Source of the DNA: a virus
Length of the DNA: 64,000 nt
IMG/VR virus record: IMGVR_UViG_3300045988_168162
Span: 32,001-96,000 of that record
Reading direction: 5' to 3' (one strand)
Below the pieces are notes generated by a model, which was not told where the DNA came from, ran no database searches, and saw only the letters and a program-made list of their open reading frames with translations. Shown piece by piece: positions 17,707 to 25,607 of this stretch; within the stretch, counting starts at the first letter, position 1; every line of letters begins with the position of its first letter. Position numbers and translations under genes: made by a program.

Positions 17707-18105
17707 TTACTGTGAAAGCATATAGCCGCGCTGAAAGTCTACGCAGCGATTCCAGTCCATGACTTCAGAGATGGAATTATCGCCGACTTCATTTTCAAAG
17801 GCACACTCGGCAATGAGCTGGCAATAGTCTGCGACCGACATATCCTTGCCATAAGACTCGACCATAGCCTGGACGGAATCATAGAAGCCGCAGATGGCAG
17901 TCTCGATCTTATCAAGATCCATGGAGCCGACATTGACCGTGGAGTTTGTGACGCAGTAGTCTGAGTCTTCGCGCGGGAGCATATCCATCAACTGGAGTTG
18001 GACAAACTCGTACTCGGTATCCGTGATTTTACGGCAATACTGGGCGCAGGAATCATCGGTAAGGAACCATGGGCCTACGGTGGCGGGCAGAGAGCAGACA
18101 GACAT
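17707..18105 (-). CDS. Hypothetical protein (132 aa)
   Basis: ORF track. Confidence 0.5.
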   Translation of the reverse strand: MSVCSLPATVGPWFLTDDSCAQYCRKITDTEYEFVQLQLMDMLPREDSDYCVTNSTVNVGSMDLDKIETAICGFYDSVQAMVESYGKDMSVADYCQLIAECAFENEVGDNSISEVMDWNRCVDFQRGYMLSQ

Positions 18106-18107
18106 GG

Positions 18108-18455
18108 TTAATCCTCCAGCGTTTCATCGACAATTTTGTATTTTATAGAGGACGGAAGACCATCGTACTGCGGATGATCAAAGAAAAGATAGGAGAGGAC
18201 ATCTTCCATGATGTATTTCATATTGCCGTTGTTGATATGCTCCATCTCTTTTTCGGAGCACATGTAGGTATCACTATCGCCAGAGATAAAACCACAGTCA
18301 TCTTCAGCATGACCAACAAATTCATCGACAGCGCAATTGATATAACCGGCATAGCCTTCCTCGATATCTTCGGGCAGAAGGTTATCGCCGGTGCCGGGAG
18401 TCAGAGTGACGATATAATTCTTACCGGCATCTTCATCTTTTACATAAACAAGCAT
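18108..18455 (-). CDS. Hypothetical acidic protein (115 aa)
   Basis: ORF track. Confidence 0.5.
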   Translation of the reverse strand: MLVYVKDEDAGKNYIVTLTPGTGDNLLPEDIEEGYAGYINCAVDEFVGHAEDDCGFISGDSDTYMCSEKEMEHINNGNMKYIMEDVLSYLFFDHPQYDGLPSSIKYKIVDETLED

Positions 18456-18485
18456 TGAGAAACTTCCTTTCTTGAAAAAAATAAA

Positions 18486-18800
18486 TCAGACCATACTGTA
18501 CAGGTCTGCGAATGTAAGAATGGGGTGGACTGCTTCGGCCTGTACCGTGCCGGTAGCACAATCAATTTCTGCTATATCCACCATCATAAGGTGTCCATCC
18601 CAGGTTCTAATCATATATGTTTCACTATAGAGGGAGTTGGCACAATCCATAATAGTAGCCAGGTGGCCATAACGATGTTTATTAGAGCTGAAAGCCCAGA
18701 CTTCACCAATTTTGATATCGCCATGATTATCTTCGCCAAATTCCTTTGCTAGATCATCCCAGCTGCGGAGCTTGACGGTGTCATCGATGTTGTAGGTCAT
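18486..18800 (-). CDS. Paralog family 1, member 1 (one GDxV(R/K)(V/L)R-type domain; tail PILTFADLYSMV)
   Basis: N-terminus MTYNIDDTVKLRSWDDLAKEFG; shares the domain and C-terminal motif with the next five genes. Confidence 0.65.
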   Translation of the reverse strand: MTYNIDDTVKLRSWDDLAKEFGEDNHGDIKIGEVWAFSSNKHRYGHLATIMDCANSLYSETYMIRTWDGHLMMVDIAEIDCATGTVQAEAVHPILTFADLYSMV

Positions 18801-18814
18801 AAAATCACCTGCCT

Positions 18815-19393
18815 TTACGGTGTAACAGAAAAGAGATCGTCGAACGAAATGGTGGGGGCGATGATAGTTGCGGAATCCTTAATGACGCAATCAATGCAGT
18901 ATTTGGTGAACTCAAAATATTGGAATGAAAATTCAGGCTCGGGCATATCCTCGACGATAATTCCTTCAATTCTTTCATCACCCTGCTTATAGGTTTTGAT
19001 TTCTTTGATCGTAAGCGGAACATCGACGAAGAATTTAGAAAAATCACCGCTAAGGCAGGTCGGGTTGTCATTCTCGGGGCCCAGGCCGTTCATATTAAAA
19101 TCGGCCTGCATATCAGCCCAGGAGCGAAGCTGAATCCTATCGCCGGGGTAATAGGCTGGTTCCGGCTCGAGCATTTCATCGCCCCAGCTCCAATAACTTA
19201 AATCAGACAAGAAATCTATATAATAACTACATTCATATACACACGTGATTTTGCCCCAGCGGCCGCAATATTCACGCATAGTATCGGTAAATGTCAAGGG
19301 AACCAGAATGTTTCCATATACGTCCATACCATATTCAGCTTCCATATCGTCCCACTGGCGGATACGGACCCAATCGCCTACTTTATGCTGCAT
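18815..19393 (-). CDS. Paralog family 1, member 2 (two domains; tail PTISFDDLFSVTP)
   Basis: KVGDWVRIRQWDDMEAEYG..YCGRWGKIT, plus a second copy YPGDRIQLRSWADMQADF. Confidence 0.65.
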   Translation of the reverse strand: MQHKVGDWVRIRQWDDMEAEYGMDVYGNILVPLTFTDTMREYCGRWGKITCVYECSYYIDFLSDLSYWSWGDEMLEPEPAYYPGDRIQLRSWADMQADFNMNGLGPENDNPTCLSGDFSKFFVDVPLTIKEIKTYKQGDERIEGIIVEDMPEPEFSFQYFEFTKYCIDCVIKDSATIIAPTISFDDLFSVTP

Positions 19394-19404
19394 ACAAAAT
19401 CACC

Positions 19405-19977
19405 TCACATTGCGGCATCAGAGAAAAGATCGGAAAAAGACAGCGTGGGGACGACTTGCGGTAAAGAGGTTGGCACAGCGTGGCAAAACTCATAGCCAGA
19501 AAAAACATACATTTCGAGGTGTGTGTTCTCTTTACAGAATATATGATAGTGATAAATACCTGCACCTCTGTGCGTTATATCCTTGATCGTGGCAAGGACA
19601 GGATTTTGAAACCTGGATTCAAATTCAGGCTTCGTAAAAAATGTCGGATTTATACTTTTGTCGACCCCATTCATATCGAAATCACGATCCAGTGCGTCCA
19701 TACTGCTGACGATGACCTGATCTCCTACCTGGTAGGGCTCATTTGGTTCCAGCATAGCATCTTTCCAGTACCAATTATTATCGACACCTTTAAAGGAGAT
19801 CCGACAAGCATTGCCCCATATGTCTGTTATTTTGCCCCAGCGGCCGCAGAGCTTTTGCATTTTGGGAGCAAAACAAAATTCATCAACCAGAAGGCAATCA
19901 TGATCATCCTTACGGTATTCTTGACAAAGGTCATCCCATTGGCGAACACGCACCCAGTCACCAATTTTATATTTCAC
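19405..19977 (-). CDS. Paralog family 1, member 3 (two domains; tail PTLSFSDLFSDAAM)
   Basis: KIGDWVRVRQWDDLCQEY..LCGRWGKIT, plus a second copy QVGDQVIVSSMDALDRDF. Confidence 0.65.
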   Translation of the reverse strand: MKYKIGDWVRVRQWDDLCQEYRKDDHDCLLVDEFCFAPKMQKLCGRWGKITDIWGNACRISFKGVDNNWYWKDAMLEPNEPYQVGDQVIVSSMDALDRDFDMNGVDKSINPTFFTKPEFESRFQNPVLATIKDITHRGAGIYHYHIFCKENTHLEMYVFSGYEFCHAVPTSLPQVVPTLSFSDLFSDAAM

Positions 19978-19989
19978 GGCAAAATCACC

Positions 19990-20322
19990 TCACATTGCAA
20001 AAAGTTCTTCAAAGGAGACTGTAGGTTCGACCTGGTCGGAAACAGGATCTAACATATCATCGTTAAAACCCCATAGCATGTAAGATATATCATCGGGAGA
20101 TAAAACATTGCCGTTATCATCCTGTAAATTGTAGCGATTACCAGACCTGCTTACCGTAAAAACCTGGCCGCAATACTTACGCATAGCTGGGTTAAAATAC
20201 AAACCGTTTACATTTGGCCCTGCCATGCTCGGTATCTTTTCATACTGCATAGCCCACTTAGAAACCAGCTCGTCCCAATCCTTGACGCGGACACAATCGC
20301 CGGGTTTGAATTTGTTTTTCAT
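19990..20322 (-). CDS. Paralog family 1, member 4 (tail PTVSFEELFAM)
   Basis: KPGDCVRVKDWDELVSKW..YCGQVFTV. Confidence 0.65.
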   Translation of the reverse strand: MKNKFKPGDCVRVKDWDELVSKWAMQYEKIPSMAGPNVNGLYFNPAMRKYCGQVFTVSRSGNRYNLQDDNGNVLSPDDISYMLWGFNDDMLDPVSDQVEPTVSFEELFAM

Positions 20323-20669
20323 TGCAGTGCCCCTTTGGCAAAAAGTTTTTCAAAAGACAAGGCGGGCTCGATCGCCATAGTAGGGACATCCTCGGCAGGC
20401 TCCAGCATTTTTTCACTGAATGACCATGTTATTTTGAAATCACGAGAGCGAAGAATATCCCCGGCATCGTCTACAAGATTGAAATAATCTCCGCTGTATT
20501 TGCAAATTGTATAAACATGACCGCAATACGGGATCATGCGGGAGTTAAATAAAAGACCGTCGATACGAAATCCGTCTACGACGGGCACCATATCTTTGGC
20601 ATTCTCGCTGATGGCTGTGAGTGCTTCCAAGCTTTTGACACGGACGCGGTCGCCGATACGATAGGGCAT
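20319..20669 (-). CDS. Paralog family 1, member 5 (tail PALSFEKLFAKGALQ)
   Basis: RIGDRVRVKSLEALTAI..YCGHVYTI. Confidence 0.65.
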   Translation of the reverse strand: MPYRIGDRVRVKSLEALTAISENAKDMVPVVDGFRIDGLLFNSRMIPYCGHVYTICKYSGDYFNLVDDAGDILRSRDFKITWSFSEKMLEPAEDVPTMAIEPALSFEKLFAKGALQ

Positions 20670-20672
20670 GTA

Positions 20673-21296
20673 TCATTCATCCTTTCCAAAAAGTTCTTCA
20701 AAAGAAACAGTGGGCTGTGTGATGATGGACTGGACAAATTTGCTGCAGTAATAAAGCGTGCTGAGGGGAAATTTCCAGGTAGTATCATTCTCGTCCTGCA
20801 GATTGGCAGCAGTAGTGTCGCCATTGCGATCATAACTTATATGAACGATCTGATACTTTTTAAGGCACATCTTTTTCATGCTTCTGGTGATAAAGATGTT
20901 ATTGACCATACAGTCAGGATCAACCAATGTGGCAGGGGGATTTGCCTGGGCAATGATTTCATTCCAGGGACGCACCCAGACGCTGCTGCCTACTGTTACA
21001 GGAACCTCAGAAGCAGGAACGGCTTCGTACAAAAGAGTATCAGAGAAGATCATCTGACCGCCATCTTTGTAGCGGACAACCATGCACGTCATAGGATCAA
21101 TAAGATCATAACGGATGAGGCATGTCCTTGCATGTATCTGCCCAACACGCATAAGACGGCCGCAGTAAGCAGCTTTTTCCTTATTGAAGCTGATACCGTC
21201 CCTTGTATAAAACGCCTCATCGTTACTACGGCCATTTTCCGCGAGGATCGTTTCAAGGCTGCGGACGATGACCCAATCTCCTGCTTTATAACTCAT
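20673..21296 (-). CDS. Paralog family 1, member 6 (two domains; tail PTVSFEELFGKDE)
   Basis: ATG 21296. KAGDWVIVRSLETILAENG..YCGRLMRV, plus a second copy VGSSVWVRPWNEIIAQ. Confidence 0.65.
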   Translation of the reverse strand: MSYKAGDWVIVRSLETILAENGRSNDEAFYTRDGISFNKEKAAYCGRLMRVGQIHARTCLIRYDLIDPMTCMVVRYKDGGQMIFSDTLLYEAVPASEVPVTVGSSVWVRPWNEIIAQANPPATLVDPDCMVNNIFITRSMKKMCLKKYQIVHISYDRNGDTTAANLQDENDTTWKFPLSTLYYCSKFVQSIITQPTVSFEELFGKDE

Positions 21297-21912
21297 ACAG
21301 CTCCCTCGCTTTTTCTTCCGGAATGATTTCGGCATGGCTGCTGCCAAAGAAAGCCTCAAACATTTCATCGTCGTGATCGGTATGGAAGCCGCTGCAGCTA
21401 TCATGGTATTCCCAGGAACCCGTGTCAGTATCATAGACATAAACATCATAGACGTAGCTGGGACCGGTGAGATAATCATCGTAAGCCCGGATCTCATCCC
21501 GAATCAGCTTCTGTGCAGTCTGCTGCCAGTTTTCATCCGTGCCGAACTGGTCGATCACATTCTGTTTGGTGCAGATGGCGTAACCAATCTGACCGGAATC
21601 CCACTGATCATGATAGGGCAGCACACTGATGGAAATACCGCTGTGCGCATACAGGAACAACGGCAGAGCCACGAACTCCTGACCGATTTCACGGCGGGAA
21701 TCCAGTTCCGTGCGCGGATCATCGCAGGTGATATCGCCCCAGAAATAGCGGTTCTTGGTGGTGACAAGTTCGATCGTGCCGTAATCTTCGTGCGGGTTGA
21801 CGGGGTCGGTATCGTAGCTGGCGGTGACAAAATACAGTTCCCCATCCTTGGTAAGAACATAAATACCATCCATGGTCTGGGTCGTTTTGACCTCGATCGT
21901 AAGAGCGGACAT
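21286..21912 (-). CDS. Hypothetical protein (208 aa)
   Basis: ATG 21912 shares one base with the upstream stop (TGATG). Contains LFLYAHSGISISVLPYHDQWDSGQIGYAI. Confidence 0.6.
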   Translation of the reverse strand: MSALTIEVKTTQTMDGIYVLTKDGELYFVTASYDTDPVNPHEDYGTIELVTTKNRYFWGDITCDDPRTELDSRREIGQEFVALPLFLYAHSGISISVLPYHDQWDSGQIGYAICTKQNVIDQFGTDENWQQTAQKLIRDEIRAYDDYLTGPSYVYDVYVYDTDTGSWEYHDSCSGFHTDHDDEMFEAFFGSSHAEIIPEEKARELYEL

Positions 21913-23336
21913 CAGGCTTCCTCCTTTTGGGAGCACTTTGTGACCACGGCATCGGCTGCGAAAACAAACCGGTCGGTCAGAGAATCGCTGTTGATGAAGA
22001 GCTCGCGGCGCAGATTGGCCTTGACGCCGAATTTTTCTTGAAAGGCAGTGAATAACGCGGGCCAATTCGGTTTCATCTCGTCATAGATCAGGTGATAGCT
22101 GGCGGCGCTGTGTGCGGTGCGGTCGTTGGTGACATCGACAACAGACTTGACTGCCGCATCAATACGGCTGCCGTTGTTCGGGTTGGCGGTGGTGGAACGC
22201 AGCCATTTGATCTTGGGCTTGGCGGAAGCTTTCTGCTCCGGCGTTTCCTGCTTAGGGGCTTCATTCCCAAAGCTGTTGGCATCAAACTCGGCCAGACCGT
22301 TTTTATCGTACTTGACCTTGGGGTTATCCTTGACGCAGTGGAGAATGGAATCGTTATAGAAATCCTCCAGCACCGTATCAAAGATCTCGCGCCACTGGCG
22401 GTTGTCCTCGATGGCGGTCATGGTGCTGAAGTTGCCGCCCGTGCGGGGATGCTTGTTCATGTAATCGCGGCGGAGCTGCCATTTGACAAAGCCATACGTC
22501 CTGGTCATTTTGTCGTAAATCAGATTGACGACTTCGCGGGAATCATCATATTTGCCGGGCTGATTGGCAAGGATCTTACGGACAGTGTCATATACTTCGC
22601 CCTTCCACTCGCTGGTGGTAGCGCGGTGCTTGGTCGGCTTGACATGGGGAATCTTGCACTGGGCGCTCTCCGCCTTTTCGTTGGCAGCAGCGGTGAACTC
22701 GGCATCAACAGCGGCGTCATCCGTGGATTGTGACTCGGCGACAGGTTCGTTCTTGGCAGTGAGCATGCGCTGGTTCTGCTCCAGGATATGGTTGGCCAGC
22801 AGGGACATGGTGTTCATCATGGCAGCCATGGCGGTGCGGGAATCCTTCTGATCCTCGATAAAAGACTGGACAAGCGTGTTGGTAGTCTCCTGAGACTTGA
22901 CCAGCGTATCAAACATCAATTTGAAGGTATCATTGCTGACGGCAGTCTGCTGGTCAGGGGCGGCGAGAACGGAGTTGCCGTTATAGAGGGACTCCATCAC
23001 ATTCCAGACAAAGTCCATGAACTTATCGGCTTTATCTTGGCGGGAGAAGCGGCAGATCTCCATGGTGCCACGAAGAGTGTAGACAAAAGTCTCATGATCT
23101 CGACCATCAGCCCCCCTCAAAGTGAGGTAGGCTGACAGGGGATTCAATCTGTCTGCATTTCTCGAATGGATCTGCTGAATAGCGTCATTAGGCTTTGCGT
23201 ATTCAAGGGCAGTCCCAATCTGATTGCGGGTCATATAGAATTCGTTGTCGTTGCCCTGCCAGAAATCACAGGTCAGAGTGCCAAAAGGCTTCTGGGTGGC
23301 GAGGGTGAGAGAAGTAGTTGCGGTAGGCATAATCAT
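21912..23336 (-). CDS. Bro-N / antirepressor-like N-terminal domain protein (474 aa)
   Basis: ATG 23336 follows GAAAGGAAA. FGTLTCDFWQGNDNEFYMTRNQIGTALEY..IQQIHSRN..ETFVYTLRGTMEICRFSRQDKADKFMDFVWNVMESL fits the BRO-N pattern. Confidence 0.6.
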   Translation of the reverse strand: MIMPTATTSLTLATQKPFGTLTCDFWQGNDNEFYMTRNQIGTALEYAKPNDAIQQIHSRNADRLNPLSAYLTLRGADGRDHETFVYTLRGTMEICRFSRQDKADKFMDFVWNVMESLYNGNSVLAAPDQQTAVSNDTFKLMFDTLVKSQETTNTLVQSFIEDQKDSRTAMAAMMNTMSLLANHILEQNQRMLTAKNEPVAESQSTDDAAVDAEFTAAANEKAESAQCKIPHVKPTKHRATTSEWKGEVYDTVRKILANQPGKYDDSREVVNLIYDKMTRTYGFVKWQLRRDYMNKHPRTGGNFSTMTAIEDNRQWREIFDTVLEDFYNDSILHCVKDNPKVKYDKNGLAEFDANSFGNEAPKQETPEQKASAKPKIKWLRSTTANPNNGSRIDAAVKSVVDVTNDRTAHSAASYHLIYDEMKPNWPALFTAFQEKFGVKANLRRELFINSDSLTDRFVFAADAVVTKCSQKEEA

Positions 23337-23362
23337 TTTCCTTTCTTTGAAACAGATTTCTT

Positions 23363-23653
23363 TTAGTATTCGTCCGGGAAGAGGACCGTGGTTACGGAAC
23401 GGTCCCACTCGGTGATGATCCAGATGCGCCAATCGGGATGATCGGCGGGGTTATAGACGCTGAACAGGCGATCATTGCCAGAGGTAAGAGCTTCATTATT
23501 GAGCTGGGCATCCTCGGCACAGCAATCACCCCAGTCAGCGTTTTCGTGGCGGGTGATACACTGATACACATAGGTAAAGAAATTACGGTCATCATTCATC
23601 TTGGCGGCGATTTCATCCGTGACTACAAGAGAGCCAAGCTTGAATTTACTCAT
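23363..23653 (-). CDS. Hypothetical protein (96 aa; ..IWIITEWDRSVTTVLFPDEY)
   Basis: ORF track; ATGA-type overlap with the upstream small ORF. Confidence 0.6.
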   Translation of the reverse strand: MSKFKLGSLVVTDEIAAKMNDDRNFFTYVYQCITRHENADWGDCCAEDAQLNNEALTSGNDRLFSVYNPADHPDWRIWIITEWDRSVTTVLFPDEY

Positions 23654-23817
23654 ACAGAAGCACTTCCTTTCGGGTTGGCCGCGAAGAACTCATCCTCGGG
23701 GCAGAAGGGGCAATACCAGGAACCGCCGCGGTAGAAAGCGCCGGGTGTGTCCGGCAGACATTCGTAACAGACGGTGCCGTCTACAAAAGCAAGGGTGTAG
23801 GTGATGGATTTCATCAT
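23650..23817 (-). CDS. Small zinc-ribbon-like protein (55 aa; CYEC..CPFC)
   Basis: Not in the ORF track. MMKSITYTLAFVDGTVCYECLPDTPGAFYRGGSWYCPFCPEDEFFAANPKGSASV. GAAAGGAAA upstream; its stop overlaps the next ATG. Confidence 0.55.
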   Translation of the reverse strand: MMKSITYTLAFVDGTVCYECLPDTPGAFYRGGSWYCPFCPEDEFFAANPKGSASV

Positions 23818-23845
23818 TGAATATCATTTCCTTTCTGTGTGGTTT

Positions 23846-24190
23846 TGTGTGATGTAAGCTGATAAGGTGGCTGCCTGGACCAGGAGGTGGTCCCAACTCG
23901 TTATTCAGAAGCTGCTGCTCAATTTTAGGAAGTCCTGGTACGATTTTCTGGGTACGAAGCACTGTTGATTGGACGTGTAAGTGAGCTAATCGCTATGGAC
24001 TCTGACGCTTTTGCCAGTCGTTAGTTGGCAGTAAACTCTGAATCTTCGCTGAAGAATCACTAGGATCGCGATGGCCATCGGCGACTCGCCGATCGTGGTG
24101 GGTGGACTGGGTAACAAATTCATACTCTCGGATATGACCTGAGAGTTTTTGCCTTGAACTACAAAGCAAAAGTAAACCTTACATAACACA
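23846..24190 (-). ncRNA. Structured RNA, copy B (345 nt, closed by a 13-bp long-range helix)
   Basis: 5' arm TGTGTTATGTAAG (24178-24190) pairs with CTTACATCACACA (23846-23858), 12/13 bp. G then UUUAC follow the 5' arm, as in copy C. Carries the 42-nt module. Confidence 0.5.
24105..24146 (-). repeat. Conserved RNA module, copy B
   Basis: 40/42 identical to copy C. CCAGTC pairs with GACTGG at 24014-24019, so the A-to-T change is compensated. Confidence 0.8.
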
Positions 24191-24213
24191 GTTTATAGAA
24201 TGTAAAAACATTT

Positions 24214-24377
24214 CTGCGGCATTACCGAGCGCTCCAGATGGGGGTCTGAAGCGCCGGCAAGAAAGGAAGAAAAAATGAACAAGGGCTGCATGGAATCACC
24301 ACAAACCATGCGCCCGGTGGCCGGACGAACAACCGAAAGAAAGGAAGAAACGGCTGAAGCGCCCGGTAACACCGCAG
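24214..24377 (-). other. RT-proximal element: 20-bp long-range helix enclosing 124 nt with two UUCUUCCUUUCUU tracts
   Basis: CTGCGGTGTTACCGGGCGCT (24358-24377, minus sense) pairs with AGCGCTCGGTAATGCCGCAG (24214-24233). 17 Watson-Crick pairs plus 3 G.U pairs that work only in the minus-sense RNA. Confidence 0.45.
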
Positions 24378-24398
24378 AAACGGCGGGGGAAAACTGAA

Positions 24399-25589
24399 TC
24401 AAGCTGCTTTGGGCTTGAGATCGTCAGAGATACAGGTGAGAAGATCGGCACCATATCTGGCGTTGTACTTTTGGATGACACCGGCAATGGTGGCGGGTTC
24501 TACACTAAGGTAGTAGCTGATATTGCCGCGGAACTTTTGGAGATCCTCTTCGTCCCATTTTTTGCCGTTGCGGCGGTCTTTGAAATAGGTTTCGATGGTA
24601 GCTTTAAGGATTTTGTGGTTTCGATAACCAACGGTAATATCGCCATCCTTATTGAGCATCAGACCGAGCATCCAGTTACGACCGGCGCGGGTGCCGAAGT
24701 GGGTCTTTTCGGTATTCAAGGTAAAGGGAGCATCGAGTTCATGAAGCATGGCGATCAGTTCCCGCTCGACCTTGCGGTAGTTGAAGAAGACCCGGCAGGA
24801 GATATGAATATCATCGGCATAGCGGGTGTAACAGATGCGGTCTGTGATGGGCGTGCCATCTGGGTTGACTTTGCCGCTTTGGAACTGGTTGAGCAGGCGG
24901 GCAAACTTATGGTCGAAGGGAATCATCATGACATTGGTGATGAAAGGGGAGAACGGGGTGCCCTGTGGCAGGCCGTTATTGAGAAACGCCAGGCTTAAAG
25001 CGCGGCGAAGCTCCCTGCGGCCGGTGGGGTCTGCCAGGATCAGGTTGAAGGGATAGATCTCTTCCATCTGTTTGAAGACAAAGTGCGGTGTGGTGGATGG
25101 GAAAAAGCCGTGGAAATCATAATGGCAGAAGTACCAGCTGCGGAACCGCTGATGCTTGATAACGGCATCCTTGGTGGAGCGGCCATTGACATAGGCAAAA
25201 GCGCAGGTGTGGTGGTCGGCAAACATCCAGCCGGACATCATATCCTTGAGCTGAGCCAATGCCTTTTTGAGTTCCGGGTGCGGGGCATCAATGGGACGCA
25301 TCTTGCCGCCGGTCTTTTTCGGGATCTCGAAATGATCGTAGAGTTCCCATTTGTTGGGGTAATCGATCAGATCCTTATAGCAGGTATTGAACATCTTGAG
25401 CTGGCTGATCATGGCGTCCAGGCAAGTGATTTTCATAATGCGCTCAGGAACTTTGTCGCATACAACGGTGCGGGTGGAGCCGTGACCGCCGGAACGTAAG
25501 GAATCCAGCGGAATATCGACACCGAGCATAAGTTCCTCGAACGTGATTTGACGAACGGTTTCGGGGGTATTGTAAGTTATGTATACCAT
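24399..25589 (-). CDS. Reverse transcriptase, retron-like (396 aa)
   Basis: FEIPKKTGGKMRPIDAP, GRSTKDAVIKH (NAxxH-like), YDFHGFFPS, LPQGTPFSPFITN, YTRYADDIHIS, RNWMLGLMLN (VTG-like). ATG 25589 follows GAGGT; the ORF-track N-terminal extension covers the structured RNA. Confidence 0.85.
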   Translation of the reverse strand: MVYITYNTPETVRQITFEELMLGVDIPLDSLRSGGHGSTRTVVCDKVPERIMKITCLDAMISQLKMFNTCYKDLIDYPNKWELYDHFEIPKKTGGKMRPIDAPHPELKKALAQLKDMMSGWMFADHHTCAFAYVNGRSTKDAVIKHQRFRSWYFCHYDFHGFFPSTTPHFVFKQMEEIYPFNLILADPTGRRELRRALSLAFLNNGLPQGTPFSPFITNVMMIPFDHKFARLLNQFQSGKVNPDGTPITDRICYTRYADDIHISCRVFFNYRKVERELIAMLHELDAPFTLNTEKTHFGTRAGRNWMLGLMLNKDGDITVGYRNHKILKATIETYFKDRRNGKKWDEEDLQKFRGNISYYLSVEPATIAGVIQKYNARYGADLLTCISDDLKPKAA

Positions 25590-25607
25590 AGTGGTGTACC
25601 TCGATTG

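Noticed and set aside
24275-24397. 40-aa + strand micro-ORF (MNKGCMESPQTMRPVAGRTTERKEETAEAPGNTAETAGEN) with a perfect GAAAGGAAG SD, convergent with the RT
   Set aside because: The SD and several codons arise from the purine complement of the polypyrimidine tracts. The product is low-complexity, and the 20-bp helix has G.U pairs that work only in the opposite sense. It is kept as an alternative explanation, not a call.
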